From positions 17,824-81,823 of the forward strand of contig JADFYJ010000011.1 in assembly GCA_015233115.1 (NCBI GenBank): 64,000 nt of DNA, given 5' to 3'. Origin of the DNA: Candidatus Omnitrophota bacterium (GTDB lineage: Bacteria > Omnitrophota > Gorgyraeia > Zapsychrales > Zapsychraceae). The notes under the pieces were generated by a model, which saw nothing but the letters and a program-made list of their open reading frames with translations, was not told the origin of the DNA and made no database searches. A program made the translations under genes and the position numbers. This document shows positions 46,954 to 56,998 of the stretch, in pieces (the first letter of the stretch is position 1; each line of letters begins with the position of its first letter).

Positions 46954-49059
46954 ATGAGTATATCACGTATGGAAATCCCGTTCGGCGGGAAAACCATTAT
47001 TGTTGAAACTGGCAAAGTGGCTAAACAGGCAACGAGTTCTGTTTTTCTGACTTGCGGCGGTACGACAATTTTGGTGGCGATTTGTATGGCGAAGAAACCG
47101 TCAGCGGGAAGTGATTTTTTTCCCATGGCTGTTGAATATCAGGAAAAAGCGTACGCGGCAGGAAAGATCCCGGGAGGATTTTTCAAACGCGAAGGCCGTC
47201 CAACCCAGAAAGAAATTCTTTCTGCCCGTTTAGTTGACCGTCCGATCCGTCCGTTATTTCCGGAAGGATTTTTAAATGAAGTTATTATTTCTTGCAACGT
47301 GCTTAGCAGCGACGGAGAAAATGATCCGGATGTGTTAGCTATTTTAGGAACATCAGTCGCTTTGCATATATCAGAAATTCCTTTTGAGGGCCCGGTTGGC
47401 GCGATCCGCGTTTGTAAAGTGGACGGACAATTAGTGGTTAATCCGGTTTATGCAGACCGAGACAAGAGTCCTTTCGAATTAGTGGTGGTCAGCACGGACA
47501 AAGGCATTGTCATGATTGAAGGCGAAGCTAAAGAAGTGCCGGAAGCTGAGATCCTGGAAGGATTACGTTTCGCGCATGAACAAGTGCAGGTTTTGGTTGA
47601 AGCACAGAATAAATTCCGCAAACAATGCGGTAAAGAAAAAGCTGACGTTGAATTGTTCCAGCCTCATCCTGATTTGAAAAAGAAGATTCATGATATGGCT
47701 TTAGGGCCGATTCAGGAAGCTTATAAGATCAATGACAAAATCGCGCGTGAACAGGCTGTCATCGCTGTAGCAGACGATGTTTTAAAGAATCTGGAAGCTT
47801 TCCAGGAATTCAAGATTAATGACCGCGAAGTGACGGAAGGTCAGATCAAGATGATCATGGAGGCTGTCGAATATGCCGCAGTCCGTGAAGCAGTTTTTGA
47901 AAAACAAAAACGTGCTGATGGCCGTGGGCTTAAAGAAATCCGGGATATTTCCGGGGAGATCGGTGTATTACCCCGCACTCATGGGTCAAGTATATTCACC
48001 CGTGGTCAAACCCAGAGCTTGGCTGTTGTGACGCTGGGCACCAAACGCGATGAGCAGATGGTTGAAGGCTTACAAGGCGTGGAATACAATGATTTTATGC
48101 TGCACTATAATTTTCCTCCCTTTAGCGTAGGTGAAGCTAAAATGAGCCGCGGCCCTGGCCGTCGGGAGATTGGACACGGCGCTTTAGCCGCTAAATCGAT
48201 TAAAGGTGTTTTACCAACTAAAGAAGTATTTCCTTATACAATCCGTATTGTTTCGGAAATTTTGGAATCCAATGGTTCATCATCTATGGCGAGCGTTTGC
48301 GCTGGTTGTTTAAGTTTGATGGATGCTGGTGTTCCGATTAAAAGTCCGGTCGCGGGTATTTCCATTGGTTTGATCATGGGAGAAAAAGGAAAATATTCTT
48401 TGTTGACCGACATCATGGGATTGGAAGATCATTTTGGGGATATGGATTTTAAAGTCGCGGGTTCAGCCGAAGGTGTGACCGCCATCCAATTAGACCTCAA
48501 GATCAAAGGTGTCAGCGTTGAGCTGTTAACAGCCGCGGTGGCTCAATCACGTGAAGCCCGGATGTTTATTCTGGAAAAAATGAGCAAGATTATTAAAGCT
48601 CCTAAAGGCGATATTAGTGAATTTGCTCCGCGTATTTTGATCACGTCAGTTCCGCAGGATAAAATCGGCGAAGTGATCGGACCCGGAGGAAAAACCATTA
48701 AACGTATCATCGAAGAAACAGGTATTGAAACCATTGATATCGATGATGACGGTAGTGTGCATATCGTAAGTATGACAAAAGAAAGCGGCGAGAAAGCTTT
48801 AGCTTTCATCCGCGGTATGTCAGAACTACCTGAAGTCGGCAAAATTTACGACGCGAGAGTCGTGAAAGTGGCTAATTTTGGCGCATTCTGCGAGTTTATG
48901 CCTGGCCGTCAAGGTTTAGTGCATGTGTCAGAATTCTCGAAAACGTTTGTTAAGGATATCGAATCTTTGGTTAAGGTGGGCGATACCTTTAAAGTGAAAC
49001 TAACCGAGATTGACAAAATGAATAGAATGAACTTAAGCAAAAAACAAGCTGAAGAATAA
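46954..49059 (+). CDS. pnp: Polyribonucleotide nucleotidyltransferase
   Basis: GKIPGGFFKREGRP, FTRGQTQ, RREIGHG, GDMDFKVAG, KH and S1 domains. Confidence 0.98.
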   Translation: MSISRMEIPFGGKTIIVETGKVAKQATSSVFLTCGGTTILVAICMAKKPSAGSDFFPMAVEYQEKAYAAGKIPGGFFKREGRPTQKEILSARLVDRPIRPLFPEGFLNEVIISCNVLSSDGENDPDVLAILGTSVALHISEIPFEGPVGAIRVCKVDGQLVVNPVYADRDKSPFELVVVSTDKGIVMIEGEAKEVPEAEILEGLRFAHEQVQVLVEAQNKFRKQCGKEKADVELFQPHPDLKKKIHDMALGPIQEAYKINDKIAREQAVIAVADDVLKNLEAFQEFKINDREVTEGQIKMIMEAVEYAAVREAVFEKQKRADGRGLKEIRDISGEIGVLPRTHGSSIFTRGQTQSLAVVTLGTKRDEQMVEGLQGVEYNDFMLHYNFPPFSVGEAKMSRGPGRREIGHGALAAKSIKGVLPTKEVFPYTIRIVSEILESNGSSSMASVCAGCLSLMDAGVPIKSPVAGISIGLIMGEKGKYSLLTDIMGLEDHFGDMDFKVAGSAEGVTAIQLDLKIKGVSVELLTAAVAQSREARMFILEKMSKIIKAPKGDISEFAPRILITSVPQDKIGEVIGPGGKTIKRIIEETGIETIDIDDDGSVHIVSMTKESGEKALAFIRGMSELPEVGKIYDARVVKVANFGAFCEFMPGRQGLVHVSEFSKTFVKDIESLVKVGDTFKVKLTEIDKMNRMNLSKKQAEE

Positions 49060-49065
49060 TTATAA

Positions 49066-49198
49066 GGTGTCTGATCTCGTAAAATAAATTGGTGGTTGGT
49101 GGTTTTTAGTTGTTGGTTGTTGAATATTTCGTTTTATCCAAAAACCATAAACCAAAAACTATCAACCGTCAATAATTTCACAGTCGAGATCTGACACC
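49066..49198. repeat. Nested inverted repeats: outer 14-bp IR, inner GGTT heptamer arrays
   Basis: ggtgtctgatctcg/cgagatctgacacc enclosing arrays at 49091-49123 and 49138-49167. Confidence 0.8.
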
Positions 49199-49209
49199 AT
49201 TTTTTTATT

Positions 49210-51480
49210 ATGAAAGAAGAACACCTCAACGAAATCAAGGCCGTTGCCATTTTGGCCGTCAGCGTAATTATTTTCGCCAGTCTTTTTTCATACACTCCTG
49301 ACGACTTGATTTGGTATACTTCAACGCCTAATATTCCAGCGCATAATCTGGTTAATATTACCGGCGCGTATTTGGCCGGAATTTTGTTTTTCGCTTTTGG
49401 GTATACTTCGTATTTTTTCGGATTTTATCTCCTCTACATCAGTTGGAATAAATTTTGTTCCCGCAAAATCAGATTTTCCCTGGCTAAAATCATCAGCTTG
49501 ATCGTCTTATGCTGCGTCATAAGCAGTTTTTTTGCCTTGAGCAAAGAGCGGATCGCGAGTGACGCTTTTCAACGCGGCGGCTTTATCGGCATGATGACGG
49601 CCAGATTTTTAATGAATTATTTCGGATTTGGTGCTTATGTGATTTTGTTGACCCTGGGCGTGCTATCTTTAATTTTGACGGGAGAATTTTTAGTCACGCC
49701 GTTTTTCCAAAAAGTGTCCGCTGAAATGGGGAACGTCTTTGCGTCGCTGAAAGAAAAAATGCAAAACACGGAGAAGCCCCAAAAGGCTGACAAAGCTGGC
49801 ATTCCCGAAAAACAAAGTGAAAAACCCAAAATTGATTTGGCGGCGCAGATTCAAAAGAAATTTGAAAATGAAGGCGCGGGAAATGTCCGTCCTTTGAAAG
49901 AGGATAAAACCAAAACACCAAATCCGCCGGCGGATGTGAAAACGAAGAACGAAAAATCTGAGCAGTTAAATATAAAAATTGTTGAAAACAAGCGTGACGC
50001 GGTTGCAGAAAAAGAAGCAAAGACGCCTAAAGTTTATGGGACATATCGTTTGCCTCCGTTGGATCTTCTCGAAAGCGCACCGCAAATTCCGAATAGTAAA
50101 ATTCAAAGTGACATTGTGGACGGCGCGAAAACTTTGGAAACATCTTTGGCGAATTTTGGGGTTAACGCGAAAGTGGTCGATGTGGAGAGAGGCCCCGCCA
50201 TAACGCGCTATGAATTAGAACCAGCGCCGGGCGTAAAAGTGCAGAAATTCACGGCTTTAGCGGACGATATCGCTTTGGTCATGAAAGTGGCAGCCGTGCG
50301 TGTGGTTGCGCCGATTCCCGGAAAAAACCGGGTCGGGATCGAAGTTCCGAATACGACCACCGCATCTGTTTTCCTTAAAGATGTTTTAATGACTAAAGAG
50401 TTTCAAAACGCGAAATCAAAATTGACGATTGCGTTAGGAAAGGATTTAGGCGGCCAGCCGATTGTTGCGGATTTAGCAACTATGCCGCATTTGTTGATCG
50501 CGGGTACGACTGGATCAGGTAAAAGCGTTTGCGTGAACGGAATTGTCATGTCGATTTTGTGTAATGCTACGCCGGATGAGGTAAAATTTGTCATGGTTGA
50601 TCCGAAGATGGTGGAAATGGCTATATATAACGAAGTGCCCCATATGTTGTGTCCGACGGTGACGGATACAAAAAAAGCGGGTAATGTTCTCAATTGGGTC
50701 GTGGGCGAAATGGAAAGCCGGTATAAAAAATTAGCCAAGGATAATGTAAAAAATATTCTGCAATATAATGAAAAACCCGGAAACCATATGCATTATATTG
50801 TGCTGATTGTCGATGAATTAGCGGATTTGATGATGGTGTCAGCCAAGACCGTGGAAAGTTCAATTACCCGTATAGCTCAGCTGGCGCGGGCGGTCGGCAT
50901 CCATGTCATTTTGGCCACTCAACGTCCATCCGTCGATGTTATTACCGGGGTCATTAAAGCGAATTTTCCAGCGAGAATTTCTTTTAAAGTCGCGTCGAAA
51001 GTCGATTCCCGCACAGTTTTAGACATGAACGGTGCTGAAGCCTTGTTAGGCCGGGGTGATATGTTATTTATTAAACCTGGGGACGCGAAACCGGTTCGCG
51101 GACAAGGCAACTATGTCAAAGATGAAGAGATCCGCAAGGTCATTGATTATATTAAACCCCAGCGAGCTCCGGAATTTGATGAGACGATTTTGACTCAGCA
51201 GAAAAGCGCGTCGGCCGGTGATGGCGAAGCTAAAGATGAATATTTTGATGAGGCGGTTAAACTGGTCATGGAAACCAATCAGGCGTCAGTTTCAATTTTA
51301 CAGCGCCGGATGAAATTGGGTTATACGAGAGCGGCACGCTTGATTGACATGATGGAACAGGAGGGAGTAGTTGGCCCTTATTGCGGCAGTAAACCGCGCG
51401 ACATTCTGGTGGACCGGGAACAGTGGCTTTTAGATCATATGAACCCTAATTCTGATTTAGAAATAAAAGAATTAGGGTAG
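49210..51480 (+). CDS. ftsK: DNA translocase FtsK
   Basis: N-terminal TMs, PHLLIAGTTGSGKS, DELADLMM, ATQRPSVDVITG, gamma domain LQRRMKLGYTRAARLID. Confidence 0.96.
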   Translation: MKEEHLNEIKAVAILAVSVIIFASLFSYTPDDLIWYTSTPNIPAHNLVNITGAYLAGILFFAFGYTSYFFGFYLLYISWNKFCSRKIRFSLAKIISLIVLCCVISSFFALSKERIASDAFQRGGFIGMMTARFLMNYFGFGAYVILLTLGVLSLILTGEFLVTPFFQKVSAEMGNVFASLKEKMQNTEKPQKADKAGIPEKQSEKPKIDLAAQIQKKFENEGAGNVRPLKEDKTKTPNPPADVKTKNEKSEQLNIKIVENKRDAVAEKEAKTPKVYGTYRLPPLDLLESAPQIPNSKIQSDIVDGAKTLETSLANFGVNAKVVDVERGPAITRYELEPAPGVKVQKFTALADDIALVMKVAAVRVVAPIPGKNRVGIEVPNTTTASVFLKDVLMTKEFQNAKSKLTIALGKDLGGQPIVADLATMPHLLIAGTTGSGKSVCVNGIVMSILCNATPDEVKFVMVDPKMVEMAIYNEVPHMLCPTVTDTKKAGNVLNWVVGEMESRYKKLAKDNVKNILQYNEKPGNHMHYIVLIVDELADLMMVSAKTVESSITRIAQLARAVGIHVILATQRPSVDVITGVIKANFPARISFKVASKVDSRTVLDMNGAEALLGRGDMLFIKPGDAKPVRGQGNYVKDEEIRKVIDYIKPQRAPEFDETILTQQKSASAGDGEAKDEYFDEAVKLVMETNQASVSILQRRMKLGYTRAARLIDMMEQEGVVGPYCGSKPRDILVDREQWLLDHMNPNSDLEIKELG

Positions 51481-51493
51481 TATTTCGTACATA

Positions 51494-51615
51494 GTATGTG
51501 GTATGTGGTATGTAGTATGTAGTGAATTTTTCACCTATTGGGTGGAATAATTATTACATTTTTAAGAAATGATTTTTTAAAAACATTGAGCTACATACGA
51601 CATGCGACATACGAC
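51494..51615. repeat. Inverted GTATGT(A/G) heptamer arrays
   Basis: gtatgtggtatgtggtatgtagtatgtagt ... ctacatacgacatgcgacatacgac. Confidence 0.8.
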
Positions 51616-51691
51616 GCACTCCCAATTACGAATATTAATTCGGAATTGGGTATGAATATTTCAACGGAAACAGACGGACAAGAGAACGATA

Positions 51692-52555
51692 ATGCCTGAC
51701 GAAGTAATAAAATCATCTGATGAAAATGACAAAGCTTTGGGACAATTCTTGAAGAAATCCCGCTTGACCAAAGGGGTGACTTTAGATACTGTCCAGGAAG
51801 CGACGAAAATTCCTTTGGATATTTTAAAGGCCATTGAAGAGGGATACAAAACCCGCGCTGTCTCGCCTTTTTATTTCCGTCAATTTTATAAAATGTACGC
51901 GAAATATTTAAATGAAGATATTTCCAGTTTTATGCCTACAGAAGAACGAAAACCGATTCCGAAAATGGATCATAAGGTTGATGATGAATTTAATTTAAAA
52001 TCATGGATGTCGGATGGAACCAAACGGGAACTGATCAAATTGGCTTTAATCGGCCTGGGCGCTATCATCGGCCTGGTTTTTATTTTTAAATTTTTAATGT
52101 ATGTGGGCCATATGATCACGCAGCATAAGCCGGCCGCGAAAGTTGAAATGGTCAGAGAGCCGCGCAGGGTTCCGGTTCAAGAGGAGACTTCGAAAGAAAA
52201 ACATTTGGCCGCCGCGGAAAAGCTGCGGTTAGCTGAAGAAGGTGAAGAAAAACATGTCAGTAAGAAAAAAGCCGCTCCTCAACAAAGCAATATTATGAAA
52301 AATATCACGCTGGTGGTACGGGCCAAACAAAAGGCCTGGCTCGAAGCTAAAGTTGATGGATCTGTGGTTTATCAAGGTAACCTGCGTTTGGGCGGAACAG
52401 CAGCTTGGGTGGCGGATGACAAAATTGAAATTTCCGGAAATATCAGTTCCCTGGATTTTGAATTTAATGGCAATAAAGTAGGCCCTCTCAGCCGTGAAGA
52501 ACGCAAAGCCAAAAAAGTCGTAGTGACCAGGGAAGGATTGTCAGTAACGAAATAA
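51692..52555 (+). CDS. rodZ: RodZ-like protein (HTH_25, TM, DUF4115)
   Basis: LGQFLKKSR...LKAIEEG...YAKYL; TM; AWLEAKVDG; conserved ftsK-rodZ-rimO-pgsA order. Confidence 0.8.
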   Translation: MPDEVIKSSDENDKALGQFLKKSRLTKGVTLDTVQEATKIPLDILKAIEEGYKTRAVSPFYFRQFYKMYAKYLNEDISSFMPTEERKPIPKMDHKVDDEFNLKSWMSDGTKRELIKLALIGLGAIIGLVFIFKFLMYVGHMITQHKPAAKVEMVREPRRVPVQEETSKEKHLAAAEKLRLAEEGEEKHVSKKKAAPQQSNIMKNITLVVRAKQKAWLEAKVDGSVVYQGNLRLGGTAAWVADDKIEISGNISSLDFEFNGNKVGPLSREERKAKKVVVTREGLSVTK

Positions 52556-52560
52556 TATAA

Positions 52561-52734
52561 GGTCAGAAGTCAGAAGTCAGAAGTCAGAAGAAAAAATCAA
52601 AAAAATTAAAATATAATAATATTATTTTTATATGGAAATGAACTGCAATCTTTCGGCATAAAAAGCAAAAAACATCGCTTTTCCAACAATCGTTTTTTGT
52701 TTAACTTCTGACCTTCTGACGTCTGACTTCTGAC
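52561..52734. repeat. Inverted GTCAGAA heptamer arrays
   Basis: (gtcagaa)x4 at 52561-52590 ... cttctgaccttctgacgtctgacttctgac at 52705-52734. Confidence 0.9.
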
Positions 52735-52743
52735 ATTTTAATT

Positions 52744-54039
52744 ATGATTTCCAAAATCTATCAAGACACAATTCAACGTACTGAAAAAGTCGGGTTGATC
52801 AACTTGGGCTGTGCCCGTAATTTGGTTGATGGCCAGACGATATTAGGCGGATTGAAAAAAGCCGGTTATCAGATCGTTGAACCGGATGCGGCTGATGTCG
52901 TTATCATTAATACCTGCGGTTTTATTCAAGACGCTAAGCAAGAATCGATTGATACGATTTTAGACGTTCTGGAATTAAAGAAACAGGGCAAAGTGAAAAA
53001 AGTAATTGTGGCCGGGTGTCTTACGGAACGGTATAAAAATGAATTGGCTGAAGAATTTAAGGGTGAAGTCGATGCTTTTGTTGGCGTACAACAGTTGAAT
53101 GAAACCGATTTTATGGATCAGATGTTATTAACGCCGGATTATTCCGCGTATGTAAAAATTTGTGAGAGCTGCTATAACCTTTGCCATTTTTGTATCATTC
53201 CTAAGATTAAGGGAAAATTTATGTCCCGTTCCATGGAGGATATTGTCCAAGAAGTGCGAAATCTGGATCAAAAGGGTGTTAAAGAGATCAATGTGATCGG
53301 CCAGGACATTACCGCGTACGGCATGGATCTTTACGGCCAAAAGAAATTGGCTGAATTGTTAATCCAAATTGACAAAGCCTGTCCAAATATCCGGTGGATT
53401 CGGCTGCTTTACACGTATCCTTCACACATTACCGACGAGCTTTTAAATGTCATGGCAGAACATAAGAGGGTTTGTAAATATATTGATCTTCCTTTACAGC
53501 ATGTCAGTGATAAAATACTAAAGAATATGAACCGTAAGATTACGCGTCAGGAAACGGAAGATTTGGTTAGAAAGATTCGGGCTAAGGTTCCACACGCGGT
53601 GATCCGTACCACATTTATTGTGGGTTTACCCGGCGAGACTGAACAGGAATTTAACGAGTTGTGCGCTTTTGTGAAAGAATTTAAATTCGAACGGATGGGC
53701 GTATTTGCATATTCTCCCGAAGAAGGAACGACTGCGTATGATATGCCGGAACAGGTTCCGGATGAGGTTAAAACCCAACGTTTGGATAAGCTGATGGCTT
53801 TGCAGCAGGATATTTCTAAAGAAGTAATGCGGCAATTTGTCGGCCAGACAGTGGAAGTGCTCATTGAAGAACCGCAAGACCAAGAGGGAAAATTTTATTT
53901 AGGCCGCAGCCCATATGATGCGCCTGAAGTGGATGGTAATGTTCACGTGTATTCGACAAAAGCTTTAAAACCCGGGGATTTTGTTACAGTGCGTATTACT
54001 GACGCGACGGAATATGATTTAGCGGGAGAAACGGCATGA
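52744..54039 (+). CDS. rimO: Ribosomal protein S12 methylthiotransferase
   Basis: LGCARNLVD, INTCGFIQDAKQESI, CYNLCHFCIIP, APEVDG TRAM domain. Confidence 0.93.
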   Translation: MISKIYQDTIQRTEKVGLINLGCARNLVDGQTILGGLKKAGYQIVEPDAADVVIINTCGFIQDAKQESIDTILDVLELKKQGKVKKVIVAGCLTERYKNELAEEFKGEVDAFVGVQQLNETDFMDQMLLTPDYSAYVKICESCYNLCHFCIIPKIKGKFMSRSMEDIVQEVRNLDQKGVKEINVIGQDITAYGMDLYGQKKLAELLIQIDKACPNIRWIRLLYTYPSHITDELLNVMAEHKRVCKYIDLPLQHVSDKILKNMNRKITRQETEDLVRKIRAKVPHAVIRTTFIVGLPGETEQEFNELCAFVKEFKFERMGVFAYSPEEGTTAYDMPEQVPDEVKTQRLDKLMALQQDISKEVMRQFVGQTVEVLIEEPQDQEGKFYLGRSPYDAPEVDGNVHVYSTKALKPGDFVTVRITDATEYDLAGETA

Positions 54040-54617
54040 ATTTACCAAATATTTTAACCCTTTTGCGTTTTTTTTTGACGGGCATATTTATTTTCTTTGC
54101 CTGTCAAAATAGTTTGTCGTCAGCTTTTTTTGCTTTATTAGCGTTTAGCGCGGCTGCGCTGACAGATTATTTTGACGGGTATTACGCGCGGAAACATAAT
54201 CTGATTACTGATTTTGGAAAATTAATGGACCCGATCGCGGATAAATTTTTAATGCTTTCGGCATTCGGCATTTTCGCGGTTCAACAAATTTTTCCAATGT
54301 GGATGTTTGTGGTCATTGCCATCCGGGAGATTGGGATTACGGTATGGCGCATTATCGCGGCACACCGGGGCATTACGTTAGCCGCGGAAAAAACCGGAAA
54401 AATTAAAACAGTCTGTCAGATTGCGGTCGCGATATTTATTTTATTTGTGCATATTCTTGTCAGGGCAGGGATGTTCCCTCAAAGAAACGCGGATTTAATG
54501 GCGGTCTTGATATGTTTGATTTGGGTTTGGATGGGTCTGGTGGTTGTTTTGACTGTATGGTCGGGGGCGGAAGTTTTGAGGAAGTCAAATGAAAAAGTCG
54601 TAGGGGCGATCACCTGA
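54036..54617 (+). CDS. pgsA: CDP-diacylglycerol--glycerol-3-phosphate 3-phosphatidyltransferase
   Basis: NLPNILTLLR, TDYFDGYYARK..ITDFGKLMDPIADK, GKIKT. Confidence 0.93.
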   Translation: MNLPNILTLLRFFLTGIFIFFACQNSLSSAFFALLAFSAAALTDYFDGYYARKHNLITDFGKLMDPIADKFLMLSAFGIFAVQQIFPMWMFVVIAIREIGITVWRIIAAHRGITLAAEKTGKIKTVCQIAVAIFILFVHILVRAGMFPQRNADLMAVLICLIWVWMGLVVVLTVWSGAEVLRKSNEKVVGAIT

Positions 54618-54800
54618 TCGCCCGTAACAAAATTATCGCTTTTAAAGTGTTTACTTGGTTACTTGGTTACTTTAAATTGCGCGCGGTAGGGCGGTTTGCA
54701 TTTAAACCAAATCCTTCGCTCAAACAACCTTGGCGAAGCGCCAAGGAAACTCGCTCTGGGATTCGGTTTAAACACAAACCTTGTGTTTGGGCACGCGGTT
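54600..54800 (+). repeat. REP (54600-54623), TTACTTGG arm and ~120-bp repeat copy 3 (54679-54800)
   Basis: Matches to both repeat consensuses. Confidence 0.88.
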
Positions 54801-54847
54801 AGAGGTTTGATTAGTTTATAACATTCATGTTAGGATAAAATAAAGCT

Positions 54848-55303
54848 ATGCCAGATAAACTTATTCGATTAATTTCTACTTTTTTTTATACAGGATATTT
54901 TCCAGTCGGGTCCGGGACATTTGCCAGTTTTATCGCTATGCTGCTGGCTTTATCTTTGAGCAGTCATTTGATTGCATATGTCGCGGTTGGTACAATATTC
55001 ACCATTTTAGGATTCGTTTACAGCGGGCGCATGGAATTTCTCGAGGGAAAAAAAGATCCGGGGTGTGTGGTCATTGATGAAGTGGCTGGCATATTCTTGA
55101 CATTTTTTTTGTTACCGTTAAAATATCCAGTAATTATTACCGCGTTTTTCTTATTTCGGGCTATGGATATGTTTAAATTATATCCGGCCAATAAATTTGA
55201 GCAGTTAGGCGGAGGATTAGGCATCATGATGGATGACGTCTTCGCCGGGTTTTATGCTAATATAGTCATGCAGATTGCCATTCGTTTGGCGCATATAAAT
55301 TAA
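54848..55303 (+). CDS. pgpA: Phosphatidylglycerophosphatase A
   Basis: GSGTFAS, DPGCVVIDEVAG, LFRAMDMFK, GGLGIMMDD. Confidence 0.9.
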   Translation: MPDKLIRLISTFFYTGYFPVGSGTFASFIAMLLALSLSSHLIAYVAVGTIFTILGFVYSGRMEFLEGKKDPGCVVIDEVAGIFLTFFLLPLKYPVIITAFFLFRAMDMFKLYPANKFEQLGGGLGIMMDDVFAGFYANIVMQIAIRLAHIN

Positions 55304-55314
55304 AGGAGAATAAA

Positions 55315-56088
55315 ATGAAAACTTCAAATCCGGTTTTTTCAGAGAAAGCTTTAGAGCGCGCAGCGTCTTTTACAGACAGTCAACCCATGACGGTTCAAGG
55401 CACGGTGAACAAAACTTTTGTTCTTTTGGCCCTTTTGTCCGCGGCCGCGATTTTTGTTTGGCAAAAGGCTATGGCTTTGGTCGTGCCTGGACAGACATTG
55501 GCATATTCCACGGCTGTATCATCTGTAGGGCTTTATGTTATGGGTGGTGCTATTGCTGGATTTGTTCTGGGTTTGATCACAATGTTCAAGACCACCTGGG
55601 CTAAAGTAACGGTTCCGTTGTATGCTGTGGCTGAAGGTTTATTTCTCGGCGGACTTTCCGCGATTTTTGAACTGCAATATCCCGGAATTGTTTTAAATGC
55701 TGTGGGACTAACTTTCGCGACTTTATTATGTTTGCTGACTGCTTACCGGACTGGCATGGTCAAAGTGACGGACAAATTCCGCGCCGGAATTGTCGCGGCT
55801 ACTGGCGCGATCTGTGTGGTGTATTTGATTAGTTGGATTGCGAGTTTTTTTCATGCGCAGATTCCGGGAATTTTTGGCCATGGTGCAGTTGGTATTGGTT
55901 TTAGTTTAGTCGTCGTCGTGATCGCCGCTTTAAATTTAGTTTTGGACTTTGATTTTATTGAACGCGGAGCAGAACAAGGCATGCCGCAATACATGGAATG
56001 GTACGGTGCTTTTGGTTTAATGGTGACCTTGGTTTGGCTCTATCTGGAAATTTTAAGATTGTTAGCGAAATTAAGAAGTCGTGATTAA
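55315..56088 (+). CDS. Bax inhibitor-1/YccA family membrane protein
   Basis: SNPVF, MTVQGTVNKT, LVLDFDFIE, AFGLMVTLVWLYLEILRLL. Confidence 0.85.
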   Translation: MKTSNPVFSEKALERAASFTDSQPMTVQGTVNKTFVLLALLSAAAIFVWQKAMALVVPGQTLAYSTAVSSVGLYVMGGAIAGFVLGLITMFKTTWAKVTVPLYAVAEGLFLGGLSAIFELQYPGIVLNAVGLTFATLLCLLTAYRTGMVKVTDKFRAGIVAATGAICVVYLISWIASFFHAQIPGIFGHGAVGIGFSLVVVVIAALNLVLDFDFIERGAEQGMPQYMEWYGAFGLMVTLVWLYLEILRLLAKLRSRD

Positions 56089-56093
56089 GAGAA

Positions 56094-56137
56094 AAAGTAC
56101 AAAGTAGAGAGTACAAAGTAGAGAGTACAGAGTAGAG
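56094..56137 (+). repeat. AAAGTAC/AGAGTAG heptamer arm
   Basis: aaagtacaaagtagagagtacaaagtagagagtacagagtagag. Confidence 0.75.
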
Positions 56138-56175
56138 TTTAGATGATAGGGAAAAATTATAAGCTAGATAATAAC

Positions 56176-56207
56176 GACCCGGCAGGAAAATTCCAGCCGG
56201 GTTTTTT
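56176..56207 (+). terminator. Terminator between convergent genes
   Basis: acccggc...gccgggt stem + T run. Confidence 0.65.
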
Positions 56208-56672
56208 CTATAAGAATTCTTTTAAAAGTACAAGTGCCTGTTTCGCTGCTTGTTTTTTGATTTCCAAGCGGCTTCCTTTAAACTTACATTTCAGGCAAAG
56301 TGTGCCATAATCCATGGATAGGGCGATAAAGGTGAGTCCAACAGGTTTGGTTTTTGTGCCTCCGGTTGGTCCAGCGATACCGGTTATGGCTAAACCAAAG
56401 TCTGTTTTAAATAGATTTCTGACGTTTTGGGCCATGATAGTCGCGGTTTCTTCGCTGACTGCGCCGTGTTTTTTAATGATTTTAACTGGCACTTTCAGGA
56501 TTTTGATTTTGGCTTCATTGCTGTAAGCAATAATAGAGCATTTTAAAAAAGCAGAACTGCCCGAAATATTGGTCAAAAGATTCGTGACCAATCCTCCGGT
56601 ACAGGACTCCGCCAGACTTAAGGTTTTTTTCGTATCTATAAGAATTTCAGCAACTTTTCGATCTAAGAACAT
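56208..56672 (-). CDS. CinA C-terminal domain protein (NMN deamidase PncC-like)
   Basis: AESCTGG, SGSS, YSNEAK, GAVSEE, TGIAGPTGG..KPVG. Confidence 0.9.
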   Translation of the reverse strand: MFLDRKVAEILIDTKKTLSLAESCTGGLVTNLLTNISGSSAFLKCSIIAYSNEAKIKILKVPVKIIKKHGAVSEETATIMAQNVRNLFKTDFGLAITGIAGPTGGTKTKPVGLTFIALSMDYGTLCLKCKFKGSRLEIKKQAAKQALVLLKEFL

Positions 56673-56678
56673 GAAGCT

Positions 56679-56729
56679 ATTATATGAAGGGACAAAAGCC
56701 TTGACAAGGGCTAATATTTAAAATATATT
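56679..56729. promoter_or_regulatory. Divergent sigma-70 promoters with overlapping -35 boxes (cinA-like / rib operon)
   Basis: Plus: TTGACA(56701)-17-TATATT. Minus: TTGTCA-17-TATAAT-6 nt-ATG. Confidence 0.7.
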
Positions 56730-56760
56730 ACAACATCATTTTAGAAATAAGCTTATAAGT

Positions 56761-56969
56761 GTATGTAGTATATGGCATGTAGTATGTAGTGAAAAAATTT
56801 AAAAATGCCAAATCAAAAATGATAGGATTAAGTCGCGATCCGTATTAAGGTAGAACAAATAAAAAAACTAAAACATTACAAGTGATTGCAAATCGCAATT
56901 ATATTGCTTTTGGTTTTTTATTATAAATTTTCGCTTTTACTACATACAACATACTACGGGCTACATACT
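56761..56969. repeat. Inverted GTATGTA heptamer arrays in the ribBA leader
   Basis: gtatgtagtatatggcatgtagtatgtagt ... actacatacaacatactacgggctacatact. Confidence 0.85.
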
Positions 56970-56998
56970 AACAAAATTTATTAATTAGTGAGGGAAAA

